A DNA stretch of 64,000 nucleotides from Hyaloraphidium curvatum SAG 235-1. Taxonomy: Eukaryota; Fungi; Monoblepharomycota. The notes beneath the pieces are model-generated. The model had not been told where the DNA came from. It was given only the letters and a program-made list of their open reading frames with translations, and ran no database searches. The DNA lies in contig JAIVFI010000003.1 of NCBI GenBank assembly GCA_025558095.1, positions 744,001-808,000 on the forward strand, given 5' to 3'. Positions 38,196 through 49,932 of the stretch are shown one piece after another. The position numbers were made by a program, and so were the translations under genes. The number at the start of each line of letters is the position of its first letter. Position 1 is the stretch's first letter.

Positions 38196-40126
38196 ATGCA
38201 GCCTTCAGCGTCGAAGCGCTTGCGTTCGACGGCGTCGAGCTCGGCTTCAGTCTCGCACTCTGTCTCCGTGCCGGCCACTCTTCCGGAGATCAATCCCGCC
38301 GCGTATCCTGCCAGGGCGAACGCGCCGGGTTCCTCACCGGTCTCGGCCGGAGGCTCCCGAGGCATCCCACTCCCGGCTTTCGCGGGCGCAATACCGTCTT
38401 CTTCATCGAGCTCGAACTCCATGCTGCCTTTCGCCGTTCCGCACCGCTCGCCGCCGCACACTCCCACGAGGCGAAAATCCACCCAGTACAGCGACAGGCG
38501 CGTACCGAGCTCCGCATGCCGAGCATCTTATCCTGACGTCCGCCACCAGGTTCATCCCTGCGCGCAACGGTGTGGACATTCCGACCAACTTCCACGCCTT
38601 GGGGCCGGACATGTCTTCGCCTACTCGCAGCGAAAAGCGCAAGCAACCTTCAGGCGACGTCGATGCCCAGAAAGGTGCGATGATCGCCGATGACGCCCTG
38701 TTCTCGGCGTTGACCAACTTCCAACCGCGCAGAGGAGGCAAACCGGACGTACGACCTGGTTCTGAGGTCGGAGCTGCTCGGGAGCGAGATCAGTGCGGAA
38801 GACGTGGCAAGCACGACGATTCGCGCCATACCTTCGACACCGACAAAGTCGCCGCACAAGCCAATCCTGCAGTTCAAGTCGCCGCGGAAGACCGTCACGA
38901 AGGTGGTCACCGCGACGGACGAGCGCTTTTCCACAACCCCGATCGGCTCGGATAGCCAACGGCTGCTTCTTTCGCCGCGCAAGACGCCGCGTCACATCTC
39001 GAAAACGCCCTACAAGGTGCTCGATGCGCCGGACCTTCAGGACGACTTCTACCTGAACCTGGTGGACTGGGGAAGCGGCAACGTTCTCGGCGTCGGGTTG
39101 GGGCACTGCGTCTACCTCTGGAACGCCAACACCTCCATCGTCACCAAGCTTTGCGAGCTTACCTCGGAGGCCGTGACTTCAGTGCAGTGGATGCCCAGGG
39201 TCAGTACCTTTTTTTAAGCCTTCCCTTGATTGCCGTTCTAAAGTCCGTCCAGGGAAACCAGATCGCCATTGGCACCGCGAAAGGCTCCGTGCAATTGTGG
39301 GACGTTGCCCGCGAGAAGAAGATTCGGCAGTTCGACAACCACACCGGCCGAGTCGGTGAGTACGGTGCGACTCGAGACACCCTGTCTACGGGCTGACTGG
39401 CGGACGTCTGTAGGTACCATGGCGTCTCTGGACAACATCCTGACTTCCGGAAGCCGGGATCGCAAGATCTACCACCGCGACATTCGCGTCTCCAGCGACT
39501 ACGTGCGGAAGCTGACCGGGCACAAGCAGGAGGTCTGCGGGCTGAAGTGGAACACCGAAGAGACCCAACTGGCATCGGGCGGCAACGACAACAAGTTGCT
39601 GGTCTGGAACAAGATGGACGAGCACGGGCCAGTGCTGCGGTTCTCGGAGCACATCGCCGCCGTCAAGGCGATCGCGTGGTCGCCTATCCAGCGGGGCATC
39701 CTTGCCAGCGGGGGCGGCACTGCAGATCGCCGGATCCGATTCTGGAACACGCTCACGGGCCAGAGCCTGAGCAGCATCGACACGGGATCGCAGGTGTGCA
39801 ATCTCGCTTGGTCCAAGACCAGCAATGAGCTCGTCAGCACGCACGGTTACTCGCAAAACCAAGTCATCGTGTGGAAGTACCCGACGATGCAGCAGATAGC
39901 CGTGCTCACCGGCCACACCATGCGCGTGCTCTACCTGGCGATGTCTCCAGACGGCCAGAACGTCGTTACGGGTGCAGGGGACGAGACTCTGCGCTTCTGG
40001 GTACGTTCACGCGGGTTCTGGGTCCAGCTTCCATCTTACGGTCTTTCGTTGCAGAGCGTCTTCTCGAAGGGACGGCAAAAGGAGAACGAGGACAGCGTGC
40101 TGCGCCCCTTCAACCACATCCGCTGA
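38196..40126 (+). CDS. CDH1: APC/C co-activator Cdh1/Fzr1
   Basis: C-box DR|FIP.R split by a GC-AG intron, SQRLLLSPRK, PYKVLDAPDLQDDFYLNLVDW, WD40 repeats and a C-terminal IR tail. Confidence 0.95.
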
Positions 40127-40426
40127 TACCAGCCTTGCTCCGCGGATGCAAGGCTTCATTCTGTACATCGCCACGCGATATCCCAGAATTGCTCCTGTCT
40201 GGACATTTGCTCAACTCGTTCAATCTAGGTCGGATTTGGTGGACTCTTTTCATTGTGTTGGTGGTGTCGCTCTGTAGCGAGTTGGGATGGTGGAGGTGAT
40301 AGAGCCTGCTTTGGCCCGGCAGATCGGCATGCTTGTCCGTCCCAGCGCAACCCAGGCGTTCGAGGACCGACAAGGCAAACGCAACCCGAGCAGATGGAAC
40401 GATCATCATTCAAATCGTCAGCATAT

Positions 40427-40948
40427 TCACTTCTCCTCGGCCTTCGCCGCCACGTCTGATGGAAAAGCGTCAGGGGACGCTTTCAGAGAGGACCAGCAAA
40501 CAACCCACTGCCGCGCTTCGCGAAGCGTTGGTTCCGGAGGAATTTGGGGTCCACACCGCGCAGCGAAGGATGCCGCTGCTTCTTCGGCCGCTTAATTCCG
40601 TTGCGGTGTTGCTTGTGCGATTGGTTGTGGTTCTGCACGGCGACGAGACAAAGGCGACACCCATGAGAACATAGTCCGGAAGAAACGTCGAACAAAGCCG
40701 TCCGTCAGGCCAGGTTCTCCCTCCAGGTCATTTGTCCAACAGGAGCCCCATGAGGTTTTCGCGGCGAGTACCACTCCAAACCACCCGAAGCAAGCTCCAT
40801 GAAGCCTCCAACCAATGGCCCAATCCTCCGACTCAAATCCCAGTCTAGGATCCACGTTACTCACAGTGTGGTTCTTGCTGTGGGATGGGGCACAGGTTCA
40901 GCAACGGCGAACTGGTCCAGGATCCGCAGGTACCAACCTCTTCGCCAT
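40427..40948 (-). CDS. RPL29: 60S ribosomal protein L29 (eL29), 4 coding exons
   Basis: MAKS|KNHT|[17 protein letters not shown]...[19 protein letters not shown]|NVAAKAEEK*. Confidence 0.95.
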
Positions 40949-40985
40949 CGCTGCGTTCCCAAAGCCTCCCGAGCAACAAAATGTA

Positions 40986-41181
40986 CTACAGAACGCGAGA
41001 GTAACGCGGAAAGGGGGGAGGGAGAGACAGCCAGAGTAAGCCACGAGTCCTCGGAGCCTGATTCCGCCCCGTCAGCGGTCCTGGAGCCCGCCGTCCACAT
41101 CCATGGCCGCCTGCCACATCGCAGACAACAGGACCCTCCTCCCCGGCCGCCAGGAACCACGACGCCCCCAAGACTACTCAC
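40986..41181 (-). other. Probable 5'-UTR intron of RPL29
   Basis: gtgagt donor at 41181, a pyrimidine tract, and a ctgtag acceptor ending at 40986, 38 nt before the ATG. Confidence 0.6.
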
Positions 41182-41622
41182 AGCCAGCGGCAATCGAACA
41201 GACGACCCGAAGGGAATTGCTCCGTAAACAATCGAAACCCCGCGGGTGCGAAAAGGTTTGCCTCCTAAATCCATCCAAAACTATAATCGGCGAGGACGAG
41301 CAGTCGTACCGGACCGTGTCACCGGCGAGGGGCGCAAGCTTCTTGTCTGGTGGCCGCTGCCGAAAGTGAAGCGCTCCAAAACCACCTTGTTACGTCAAGT
41401 CTTCACTGTGGGACAACTGAGCCGACGTGGATGGATTTTTCTTGCACCCGCGCTCTCTTCCCACCTCCACGCCTCCGAGAAGCTGAGGTGAGTAGCGGAC
41501 CATTCTGACAGACAGATTCTAGGAGGAACGCTCGCGAGAAAACGGCGGAAAATGTACCGAACCGTGAATCAAGTTCTCTTCGCACCCTACAACCGTCCCT
41601 GCGACCGCCCACGCCCGGAGCT

Positions 41623-43481
41623 CTATTCGTTACCGAGATTCGAGCTCGAGTTCGTGGGGCTCGGCGTGGCCCTTGGCCCGGCGGGCCCACGCTTGAGCAG
41701 CGAGTCGAAAAAGTTTGCAATGACCTCGTTCTGGGATCCCGCTGGCGCGGTGCCGGATGCAGCCGCAGCAGCCGCGGCTGGCAGGCTTTCTGCCGCGTTT
41801 GATGGAGCCGGACGATCCTTTGGCGCATCCTGTCCGAGGTCTCGCATAAGCAGACCGCACCGCCGAGGAGGATGAGTACCTACGGACGCCACTCGCCTGT
41901 TGGCGGTAAGGCGGGCGAGCTTTGCGGCGATGTCGTCCAGCTCTTGGGTCGAATTAGATGCGCTGACGTTCGGAGGCCTGCCCCTGAGGTCGCCAGCTGA
42001 GGCCGCGGGTGTACGCTGCATCTCGGCCAAATGCCGCTGGAGAAAGGCCTGGTCGTCCTCGGCTGCGATCGTCGTCTTCGCCATCAACGCCTGGTCCGCA
42101 GGTGTTAGCGCCAGAACGTCGGATTGGCGACACACAACCCACGCTCTCGACGCCTCGTTTTTCCTTGATCTTGCTCGAGTACTCAGCCTTGACTTGCTCC
42201 CAGAGAGCGCTGCTGATACTTTGACAATCAAAGGCCTCGTTCAAGACTCCAATCTTGCCCCAGCTATCCCATCCGGCGGGAACGAGGACAGTGTTGCGGT
42301 CTACGACCTGTGGCCGGATCGAAGTCGAGTACTTCTCCGCGACTCGGGCCGACAAGGCAGACTGTGGCGGCAGGAGAAGGCTCAGCCGAAGGATGTAGGA
42401 TCGCAGAAGTTGATACGAGGCGGGGTTGCTGGATGACACGTAGAACAGGGATGCTCCGTCTTGCAGCGTATCGTCAGAACGTGCCCCATCGGACACCTCG
42501 ACGAGCTCACATTTGAGGCAGATGGTGCGAAGCATTTGCTGGATGTAATCAAACTGCTGCTCTTTGAAGTCATGTTCTCGCTCGAGCGCTTTCGTAGCGT
42601 CAGCCTGCGGTCGAGTGTGACTTTGGGATGTTTGCAACAGCAACGCAAGAGCGGAGCATACCTTTGAGCATACAACGAGAATGGGAATGCCCAAGCTATT
42701 TGCCAAACAGCCTTGCGGAAGCGGTATAACGACGCCAGCTTTACTGGACGTGGGCAAGGGTCCGCCAGGCTTGCCAGCGTCCTGGATGCCGTCCTCCGAG
42801 ACCGCTCCGTCTGCCGTCTGCTTTGCCGGCTCCGAATAGTCGCGAATGGCTTGCTCCACTTGTTTCGATAGCGTCAGCGAGCTTAGCGGGGGCTCACCGC
42901 CAGTGTGATACCCACGCTGCGCCTTCCCGGCTTCCACGACGGCCGGAGCCTTGCCAGAAAGCTCGGCAATCGCCCTCTCAAGAATGGAAAGCCAGCGCTC
43001 CAAGCTTTCGACCCATGTCCACGGCCGCTTCCAATCCAGGGTAATGGCAACAACGGAGGTTTGGAACGTGTCCTGGTTCAAGGCGAATGGAAGAAGCGTC
43101 GCGTAGGCTGGAGACGAAGCTAGCCTGAAGACCGACATCCTCGCAGCAACATCTGAAGCCCGGGACCGACATGAGACGATCCAGGTGCCCAGAAGGTACC
43201 AGCTTTGCTTGCAGCTCACCCTCGTCGTCCCGGACGTCGAAGGACGTGTAGGACAGAGCCAGGTCCGTCCCGGCAGCCTCTGCCCCGTCAGCATTGTCCG
43301 CAAGACGCGTGTCGGAAGTTCCTTTGAGCGCGTTGACCAGCGTGGTCTTCCCCGACTGGGAGTCGCCGAGGACCACGAGGGAACGCGTCGGGATCGCCTT
43401 CGAGGTCGACGCGCTCTGGAGGACCTCCGACCAAATGGGCGTCGGCTGCATGCCCGGAGAAATCGCAACGCCGGTCGCCAT
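41623..43481 (-). CDS. DYNC1LI: Cytoplasmic dynein light intermediate chain
   Basis: IWSEVL, P-loop LVVLGDSQSGKTTL, LDWKRPW, LGIPILVVCSK, FDYIQQMLRTICL, VPAGWDSWGKI, EDDQAFL and EVIANFFDSLLKR. Confidence 0.93.
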
Positions 43482-43638
43482 GGAGCCGGCGCCCGCGAGG
43501 TAAGTTGAATGGAAAGGAACAACGTCCCGCACGCCGGTCGCTGCGTTGAGGGGCGTCACCGATCTGGTGACCGATCACACGTACGGACAAGCACTGGATG
43601 TAGGAATTGCGGAACGGAAAGATGGTCGACGCATGAAA

Positions 43639-46600
43639 TCATTCAAACGTGTAGACATCCTCCACCCTGACCAGGCCCGCGGCGCCTCCAGAGGCTATCA
43701 GGGACTCCGATCCCAGGTTGGGGTTCCAAGACACCCGATGGACAGCGACCTGTTCTGGGGCAAAGAGGGGGTTCTTCCAGCGCTTGACCTCGACCTTCAG
43801 ATCCTGTTTCGCCGATCGACCGTTAGAAAGACGTGCAGAGGACGGCAGTGCCACGCACCTGAGGCTGCACGTTTTCGACAAAGGTGTAGACCGAGCTCTC
43901 GTGGTCCCACAACAACCGGTAGGCCGTGACCTGAACCGTCTTGATCGTTCTCCGTCCCAGCCGGTTGATGTTGGCGAACGCGACCGAACCGTCCGCGGAG
44001 CCCGAAACCAAGAAAGGGTGCATCAAGGACGCATCAATGTCCTGGCACAGGGCGTGCGTCAATAACGACCGCGGGCAGGAAAGCGGAGAGGTGCTCACCC
44101 AAACGGCGTTCGAGTGGCACATGATGGTCCGCGAAAGCGGAACGCGGGATTCATCGTCTTCCGGGGGCTTCTTCTTCGGATCCTCCTCCAACGGCGTGCA
44201 GAAACGGACATTATTGTCAATGTCGCCGAACGCGAACCCGAGGAACTGAGGCGTGACGCGGAGCGCAAGTCCGAACTCTGTAGCTGGTGATCAGAACCAC
44301 ATCTCCGTGTTAGGTCGGCCGCGCTCGTACCTCTCTGCCTGTAAACCGCAATCCGGCTTGCAGTGTTGCGAATGTCCGTGATGGCGACACGACCGTCAAG
44401 TGAGCAGCTGACCAACTCGTTCGGAACTTCAGGAGGCCAAGGCAACTTGCCCCCGTCCCCCGCAACCGATTCGCGGTAATCCGAGAACCGCATCCGGCGG
44501 TAGCTGTCGTTCCAATCCATCTGTGTGATCGCAGTGTCGTGCGCTTGGAAGAAGCTCGTGGGATCTGGAAACCGCAGAGCATCAGTCGATGAAGCGGTCT
44601 CTGCGGATCCTTGAAACCTACATGTCCTTTCGGCAGACATCGCATGAGCCGGCGCTCTGTCAACAACGGTCTTTCCCTTGCGATCGCTACCGGCAGATCG
44701 AGTCGCATGTGCAACAAGCTCATTGACGTTCCACAACCCGATGAAACCTGGCCTTCGGTGAGAAAGTGCGAGACGTGAGCTGCAAAGCTTGCCTACCGTC
44801 CGTGCATGCGACAGCGAGCCTGCTGTTGCCTCCCCAACTGATCCTCCACAGGTAGTGCTCCGGCGATTCGAGGTTCGCGAACGGCGTTGCTTTGGCTGTC
44901 GAGGCAGCGTCGATTCACGCTGTTCGTCGGAAGGAGCACACGACAGAACGCACCGTACACCGTGCCTTCGACGCCGAGCTGTCGCCTCAGCTCTTCCGGA
45001 TGGGGAACAGCGAACAGTCGCACGCTTCCGTCCGCGAATGAAGCTGCCAAGACTCCCAGACGCGGGAGGAGTCCTCGGCTCAATCCTTGGGGAAGCTACC
45101 GCAAGCTGCTCAGCAAAGACCTCCCAAGCCTCCCAAATCTCTCACCGTTGCCTCGTATCCTCCGTACGGCATCCACTTCAGGTCCCAGCAATCTCCGTAG
45201 TCGTGCAAGAGGCACAGGTCCAGAACCGGCGACGTCCACTCCTTGCCAGCGGGAAAGCGCCAAAGCTGTAAGCAGCCGGGTCCGGGATTCCGCGTGGCAA
45301 GAATGCTGTGGATTTCGCTGACGTTGGACGCCGTGCCGACGGCCAGGTATTGCGATGCTGCAGAGGCGTTGGAATGGGCGCACCCAACTGCGCGGAGTGC
45401 TCACTGCTTCCGTCGACCCCGGGACACCACTGCAATCCCCAAACCGCACCCGACGCGTTGATGACCGTGCCGACCTTGCTCTTGGCCTCTGAATCAGGCG
45501 CCAAGTGATCAGTTATGGGCCAATGTGGGACCGGTACCGGACTACTTACCGAGAACGCAACTCTCGTGCCTTTGCAAAGTCTTGGCGTCCGGCTCAGCCT
45601 TCGACGAGACCTTGAACTTGATCTCGACCGACTCCCGCTTCGGCAGGTATGCCGCCCGTTGACTGCTCGATCCGTAAGCACACAACGTTTCCCCAATTAC
45701 GAGCACCCGCACCTCTCTTCGACCACCGCAAAGTCCGACACCGCGGGCCGCAAGGACCCGTTGAGGAACCGCTCTTCCGAGCGCGCCGCGGATGCGTCGT
45801 CGTACTCGCACGTTGCCGCCTTGACTTTGCCCTTCTCCGGGATCTCCGACAGGTCGTCCTCGTTGGCCGTGCTCGCCCGCGGCTTGGGCTTGCGCACGTA
45901 CGTCTCCTCGCCGTCCGAGTTGATCACCGTCTCCTTGGCTTTCTCCTTCTTCTTCTTGGGCGGCTTGGCGGCGTCGGCCCGCTCCTTGCCGCGGCCCACG
46001 ACGAAAGGGAGTGACTTGGGCGTCTTGTTGTCCGGGAAGAGCACCTTGTACTCGGAGAACTTGAGGGGGAACATGCCCGGCTGGAGCGAGGTGTAGAGGT
46101 TGGCGACGTCGTCCTGCATGAGGGAGAGCAGGGCCTCGGGGTCCGCGGCATCCTGCGTCGCGGCGGTCGCCCTGTGCTCGGGTTCCTTGGGGAAGCACCA
46201 GATCAGGAAGTGCACGATTTCGTGCACGTAGTGCCCCGCTGGAGGGACCCGAGGTTCAGCGCCGCCGTGCGAGGCAGGCCGAGTAGCACCCACAGTGGTA
46301 CTTGACGCCCTCGTGGTTGAGAAAGTCCTTGGTGCAGGAAGGCACGTAGCACTTGTAGCGCTTGCCCTCCGTGCGGACCTTGAAGACCTTTTCCTCCTTC
46401 TCTTCCTCCTCCGGGGCTGCGGGTTGCTCGGAAGGATCCTGAGCAGCACCGTCCGCTCCTCCTGCTCCATCCGCACCCGCGGAGTCCAGCCTCGCGGCCT
46501 TGCTCGGCGCCTGGCCCTCCGGGCCGTCGACCGCCGGCCTCTTCTGCCCCGCCGCGGGCGACGTGGCCGGATTGTCCCCATCGACGGCCATGCCGCCGCT

Positions 46601-47707
46601 CTCCTCCGCCGGCGCACCGTCGCCCGGGGCCGGTGCGGGCGTCGCGGAGGCCTTTGGCGGCCGACCGCGCTTCTTCGGCGTCGTCGCCGGGACGGGCTGG
46701 GGATCCTCCTCGGCCGGCTTGGGCTCCTCCGCAGGCTTGGGATTCTTCGGCGGTCGGCCGCGCCTTTTCGGCGTCGCAGGGGCGGGCTGGGGATCGTCGG
46801 CGGGGTTCGGATCCTCCGCGGGCTTTGGTTCCTCGGCGGGCTTGCGGCCGCCCCTGCCCTTGCCCCTCTTCGAGGCCTGGTTCAGGGAAACCACCGTCCC
46901 GGTGTCCTCGAGCACCTTGCGGATCATGTCCATCAGCTTCTGCACGCCGGGATCCGCGAGCGACTCGGCCGACTGCTCGAACGCCTGCGGCGGCTTGTAC
47001 CCCGGCCTCTTGGGGCCCGCGGGCGACGCGTCCGCCTTGCCGGCTTCCCCCTCGCCGTCTGCCGCGGCCTCGTCCCCGTCCACGGCCGCGCGCTGGTACT
47101 TTGGCTTTCGCCCGCGCTTGGGCTTCTCCGGCGCGGGCGAGTCCCCGGCGTCCGGCTCGTCCCCGCTGTCCGCGCGCTTGGGCGGCCTCCCGCGCTTCTT
47201 GGGCGCGGCCTTTGCGGCGGCCTTTGCCCGCGGCTTCTCGTCCTCGGAGCCCGAAGGTTCGGAAGGCTCGTCCTCGGCGGACGGGGACTCGTCCTCCTCC
47301 TCCTCCTCCTCGCCCGCGGCCCCCTCCAACACAAAGTCCGACTCGTCCGACGACGCCTTCTTCGCCCTGCGCCCTCCTCTCCCCCCGCCCCTCCCGCCCC
47401 GTGCCGCGGGCGCCTCCGGTGTCGCCTCCTCGGGCCGCACGCCGCCGGCGCCCCCGCCCCGCCCGCGTGCCCCGCGCCCGCGGCCCCTGCCGCGGCCCCG
47501 CCCCGCCTTGGGCTCGGCGGCCTGCGCGCCGTCCTCGGACGCGGGCTTCTCCGGCGCCTCGCCGTCCGACCCGCTGCCGGACCCGCTCTGCAGCGCGCGC
47601 TCGACCTCCGAGTCGTATCCGTCCTTGAAGGACGGACGCGCGCGCCGCCGGCGCAGGCGCATCGGCTCGCCGTCGTCGTCGGAGCCGGACTCGGATTTGG
47701 GCGCCAT
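43639..47707 (-). CDS. TFIIIC subunit Tfc6/Sfc6/GTF3C2-like: AT-hooks, a C2H2-like finger and WD40 repeats
   Basis: Repeated K(K/R)RGRPPK, CYVPSC...F...H..H, NASGAVWGLQWCP, LGVLAASFADG, HPFLVSGSADG and terminal VSWNPN...IASGGAAGLVRVED. Confidence 0.8.
46651..46845 (-). repeat. Imperfect tandem duplication of an EEPKPAE..DPQP.PATPK.RGRPPK AT-hook unit
   Basis: Two similar units of about 30 codons are visible in both DNA and translation. Confidence 0.8.
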
Positions 47708-47888
47708 GGCGCGTCCGGCTCTCGCGAAAGTCGTCGATGTGGTGGGACAGCCGCACCACCATCGACCTCGGACACGCATTCGAACCGGGCATCGTCCTTC
47801 CCAAAACCCGAATTGCTGCATTCCAGCTACACGTTTGGTACAAGAAGATGGCATCCGCGGCCCCGCCGCGCTCCAACGAAACGTCAGT

Positions 47889-49097
47889 TCACCATTTGGG
47901 AGAGCCGAAGGGGGATATGAGGGAGCCGATCATGCCGAAGGACTTCACGGAGGAGGAGGATGAAGGAGACGACGGCCCCGGGGCTTTCGAGGCCGGGATC
48001 TTGAGCGTCGGAGGCGCCGGCGCCGGTTTGCTCTGCTGCGCGGCCCGCAGCTCCGCGACCGAGACGAAGGTCGACGCCGCGGGCGACGCGGGGGTGCCCG
48101 GGCTCGTGGGGGAAGTCGGCGACAAGGGCCCGCCGCCGGGCTTGGCGCCCACCACGCGCGAGAGGCCCCTGCCGAGCCAGCCCCACCGGCCCTTGCCGGC
48201 CTGCTCCTCCTCCTCGTCCGATGCGTCCGCGCGGCCGTACTTGGCCATGAGGTCGATGTGGATCAGGGTCACCTTGGAGTTGAACGAGACCTTGCGGCCG
48301 GCTTTGGAGCGCGCCGCGGGCTGCTCGTCGGGCTGGTCGGCGGCGGGGCGGTCGGGGTCGTCGAGCAGTACGGCGTCATCGGGCAGGGAGGATTCGAGGA
48401 AGACCGAGTCTGGGGGCAGCAGGCTCTCGACGGCGTCGATCGGCGAGTCCATGCTGAGCAGCGGCTCCTCCATGCTCAGCATCTGCTCGTCGATGCCGAG
48501 CAGCGGCTCCGAGGGCCCCGCCTCGACGAGCGTCGACGCCGACGAGTCCGATGCGTCGCTCGAGCAGCGCTGCCGCGGCACCGGCGACGACGTGCCGTCC
48601 AGCAGCATCGCCAGCTCGTCCGATGCGGTGCGTGCGGAGCCCTTTGCGGGCGCGGGGGAGCAGTCGTCGTCGTCCGGTGCCGCGGCGTCGGGGGTGCCCT
48701 CGGGCTCGCTCACGAGGTCGCCGGACGCCGCAAGGGGCACGCCGGCATCCAGCACGCCGCCGCTGAGCAGCCCCATGCGCCGGATGTCGTCGCGCAGGCC
48801 GATTTCGACCGAGTCGAGCGAGGCGCGGGGGCCGCCGTCCGCGGGCGCGCCATCCGCCGGATCAGCGGCGGCCGCGCCGCCCGCCCCGTCCGCCGCGGTC
48901 TCCGCGTGGGGCGCCGCGCGCGCGGGCCGCTTCAGCGTGTCCCGGTGGCCCGCAAACCGCTTCAGGCCACTTTCCGTGTCCGTCTCCCGCGGGGACGCCG
49001 CGCCGCCCGCCCCCTCCGCCCCGCCGCGCGCCGCGTCCCGCTCGTCGAGAGCGAGGTCGGCGCCGTCGGCAGGCACCGCCTCCGTCCCGCGCTCCAT
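47889..49097 (-). CDS. Hypothetical, largely disordered acidic protein with an RVxF-type motif (RKVSF)
   Basis: Long minus-strand ORF with GC3-rich codons; no domain recognised. The start is uncertain and upstream exons are possible. Confidence 0.6.
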   Translation of the reverse strand: MERGTEAVPADGADLALDERDAARGGAEGAGGAASPRETDTESGLKRFAGHRDTLKRPARAAPHAETAADGAGGAAAADPADGAPADGGPRASLDSVEIGLRDDIRRMGLLSGGVLDAGVPLAASGDLVSEPEGTPDAAAPDDDDCSPAPAKGSARTASDELAMLLDGTSSPVPRQRCSSDASDSSASTLVEAGPSEPLLGIDEQMLSMEEPLLSMDSPIDAVESLLPPDSVFLESSLPDDAVLLDDPDRPAADQPDEQPAARSKAGRKVSFNSKVTLIHIDLMAKYGRADASDEEEEQAGKGRWGWLGRGLSRVVGAKPGGGPLSPTSPTSPGTPASPAASTFVSVAELRAAQQSKPAPAPPTLKIPASKAPGPSSPSSSSSVKSFGMIGSLISPFGSPKW

Positions 49098-49383
49098 CCT
49101 TGGGGGGTCCGGCCGGGGAGGGAAAGCGGACTGGCTTGGGCGCGGGGTAACTTGGCTGGTCCGGTTGATGAGCAAGGCTGCGGACACAGCGGACACGGCC
49201 AGACTGCGAGGATCGGAAGTACTCTGCTACCATCGGTACAGAAGGCTTCTCGAGATGGATTGGAATCAATGGCGAGCATCGGCCGCGCCTCGGTAGCACC
49301 GTCTGCCTCCCGGGTATCAAGTCCCCCATTCCCCAGCACCCATGCCCAATCAGCAATCCACGCCAAGTCCCAGGTTCCCGGGA

Positions 49384-49840
49384 TCAAGTCAGCCGCACCG
49401 GAACGTCGAATTTGCTGGCGGCGACCAGGCTGGGCCGGTTGATCGTCCGCCCCGAAACGAAAGGGTCCGAAAGGAGCGCGGAGCGGTCGATGCCGTCCGG
49501 CGGCCCCGGCTCCGCGGAGCGCGTGACGACGTTCTTCCCCTTGTCGTTCGTCGACGATCGGACGAGGGGCGAGGTGGGGGCCCGCCGCGCTGGGGACGTG
49601 ACGGCCTCCGGTCAGCGCCCGGGCCGCCAGTCCTGCCAACACCGCGGCGAACCCACTCTGCCCGGAAAAAAGGTCCCGCCCGATCAGCAGCCCGTCCGTG
49701 GCCGCGGGCGCGGCCTTTGTGGGGCTCTCGAGCAGCGCGTCGCGCGCGTCCGGCTGGGTCCCGCCCGCAAAGAACGAGTTGACCGCGATCCCGTCCGCCG
49801 GCCCGGCCAGGATGTCGTAGACGCTTATTCGGGCGTCCAT
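49384..49840 (-). CDS. Hypothetical small spliced ORF (MDARISVYDIL...), or 5' exons of the 47889-49097 gene
   Basis: ATG at 49840 lies head-to-head with ACTMAP. A gtgggt...ctgac...ccccag intron keeps an open frame. Confidence 0.35.
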
Positions 49841-49932
49841 TCTTCCCCGAGGCCGGAATCCGAGGATCAGGGGAATGTGTCGTGCAAGACGCGAGCGGAC
49901 ACGATCGAATTCCCGCGTCCCGCCGGCCATTC

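Noticed and set aside
41190-41620. Possible U3 or other snRNA in the RPL29-DLIC gap (GAGGACGA; AAGACTA nearby)
   Set aside because: No box A (GATCATTTCT), box B/C arrangement or Sm site in the right order; more likely promoter and 3'-UTR sequence.
46295-49296. Very long plus-strand ORFs (46295-47920, 46500-47963, 47737-49296)
   Set aside because: Antisense shadows of GC-rich minus-strand genes; stop codons are rare at this GC content and the translations have no motifs.
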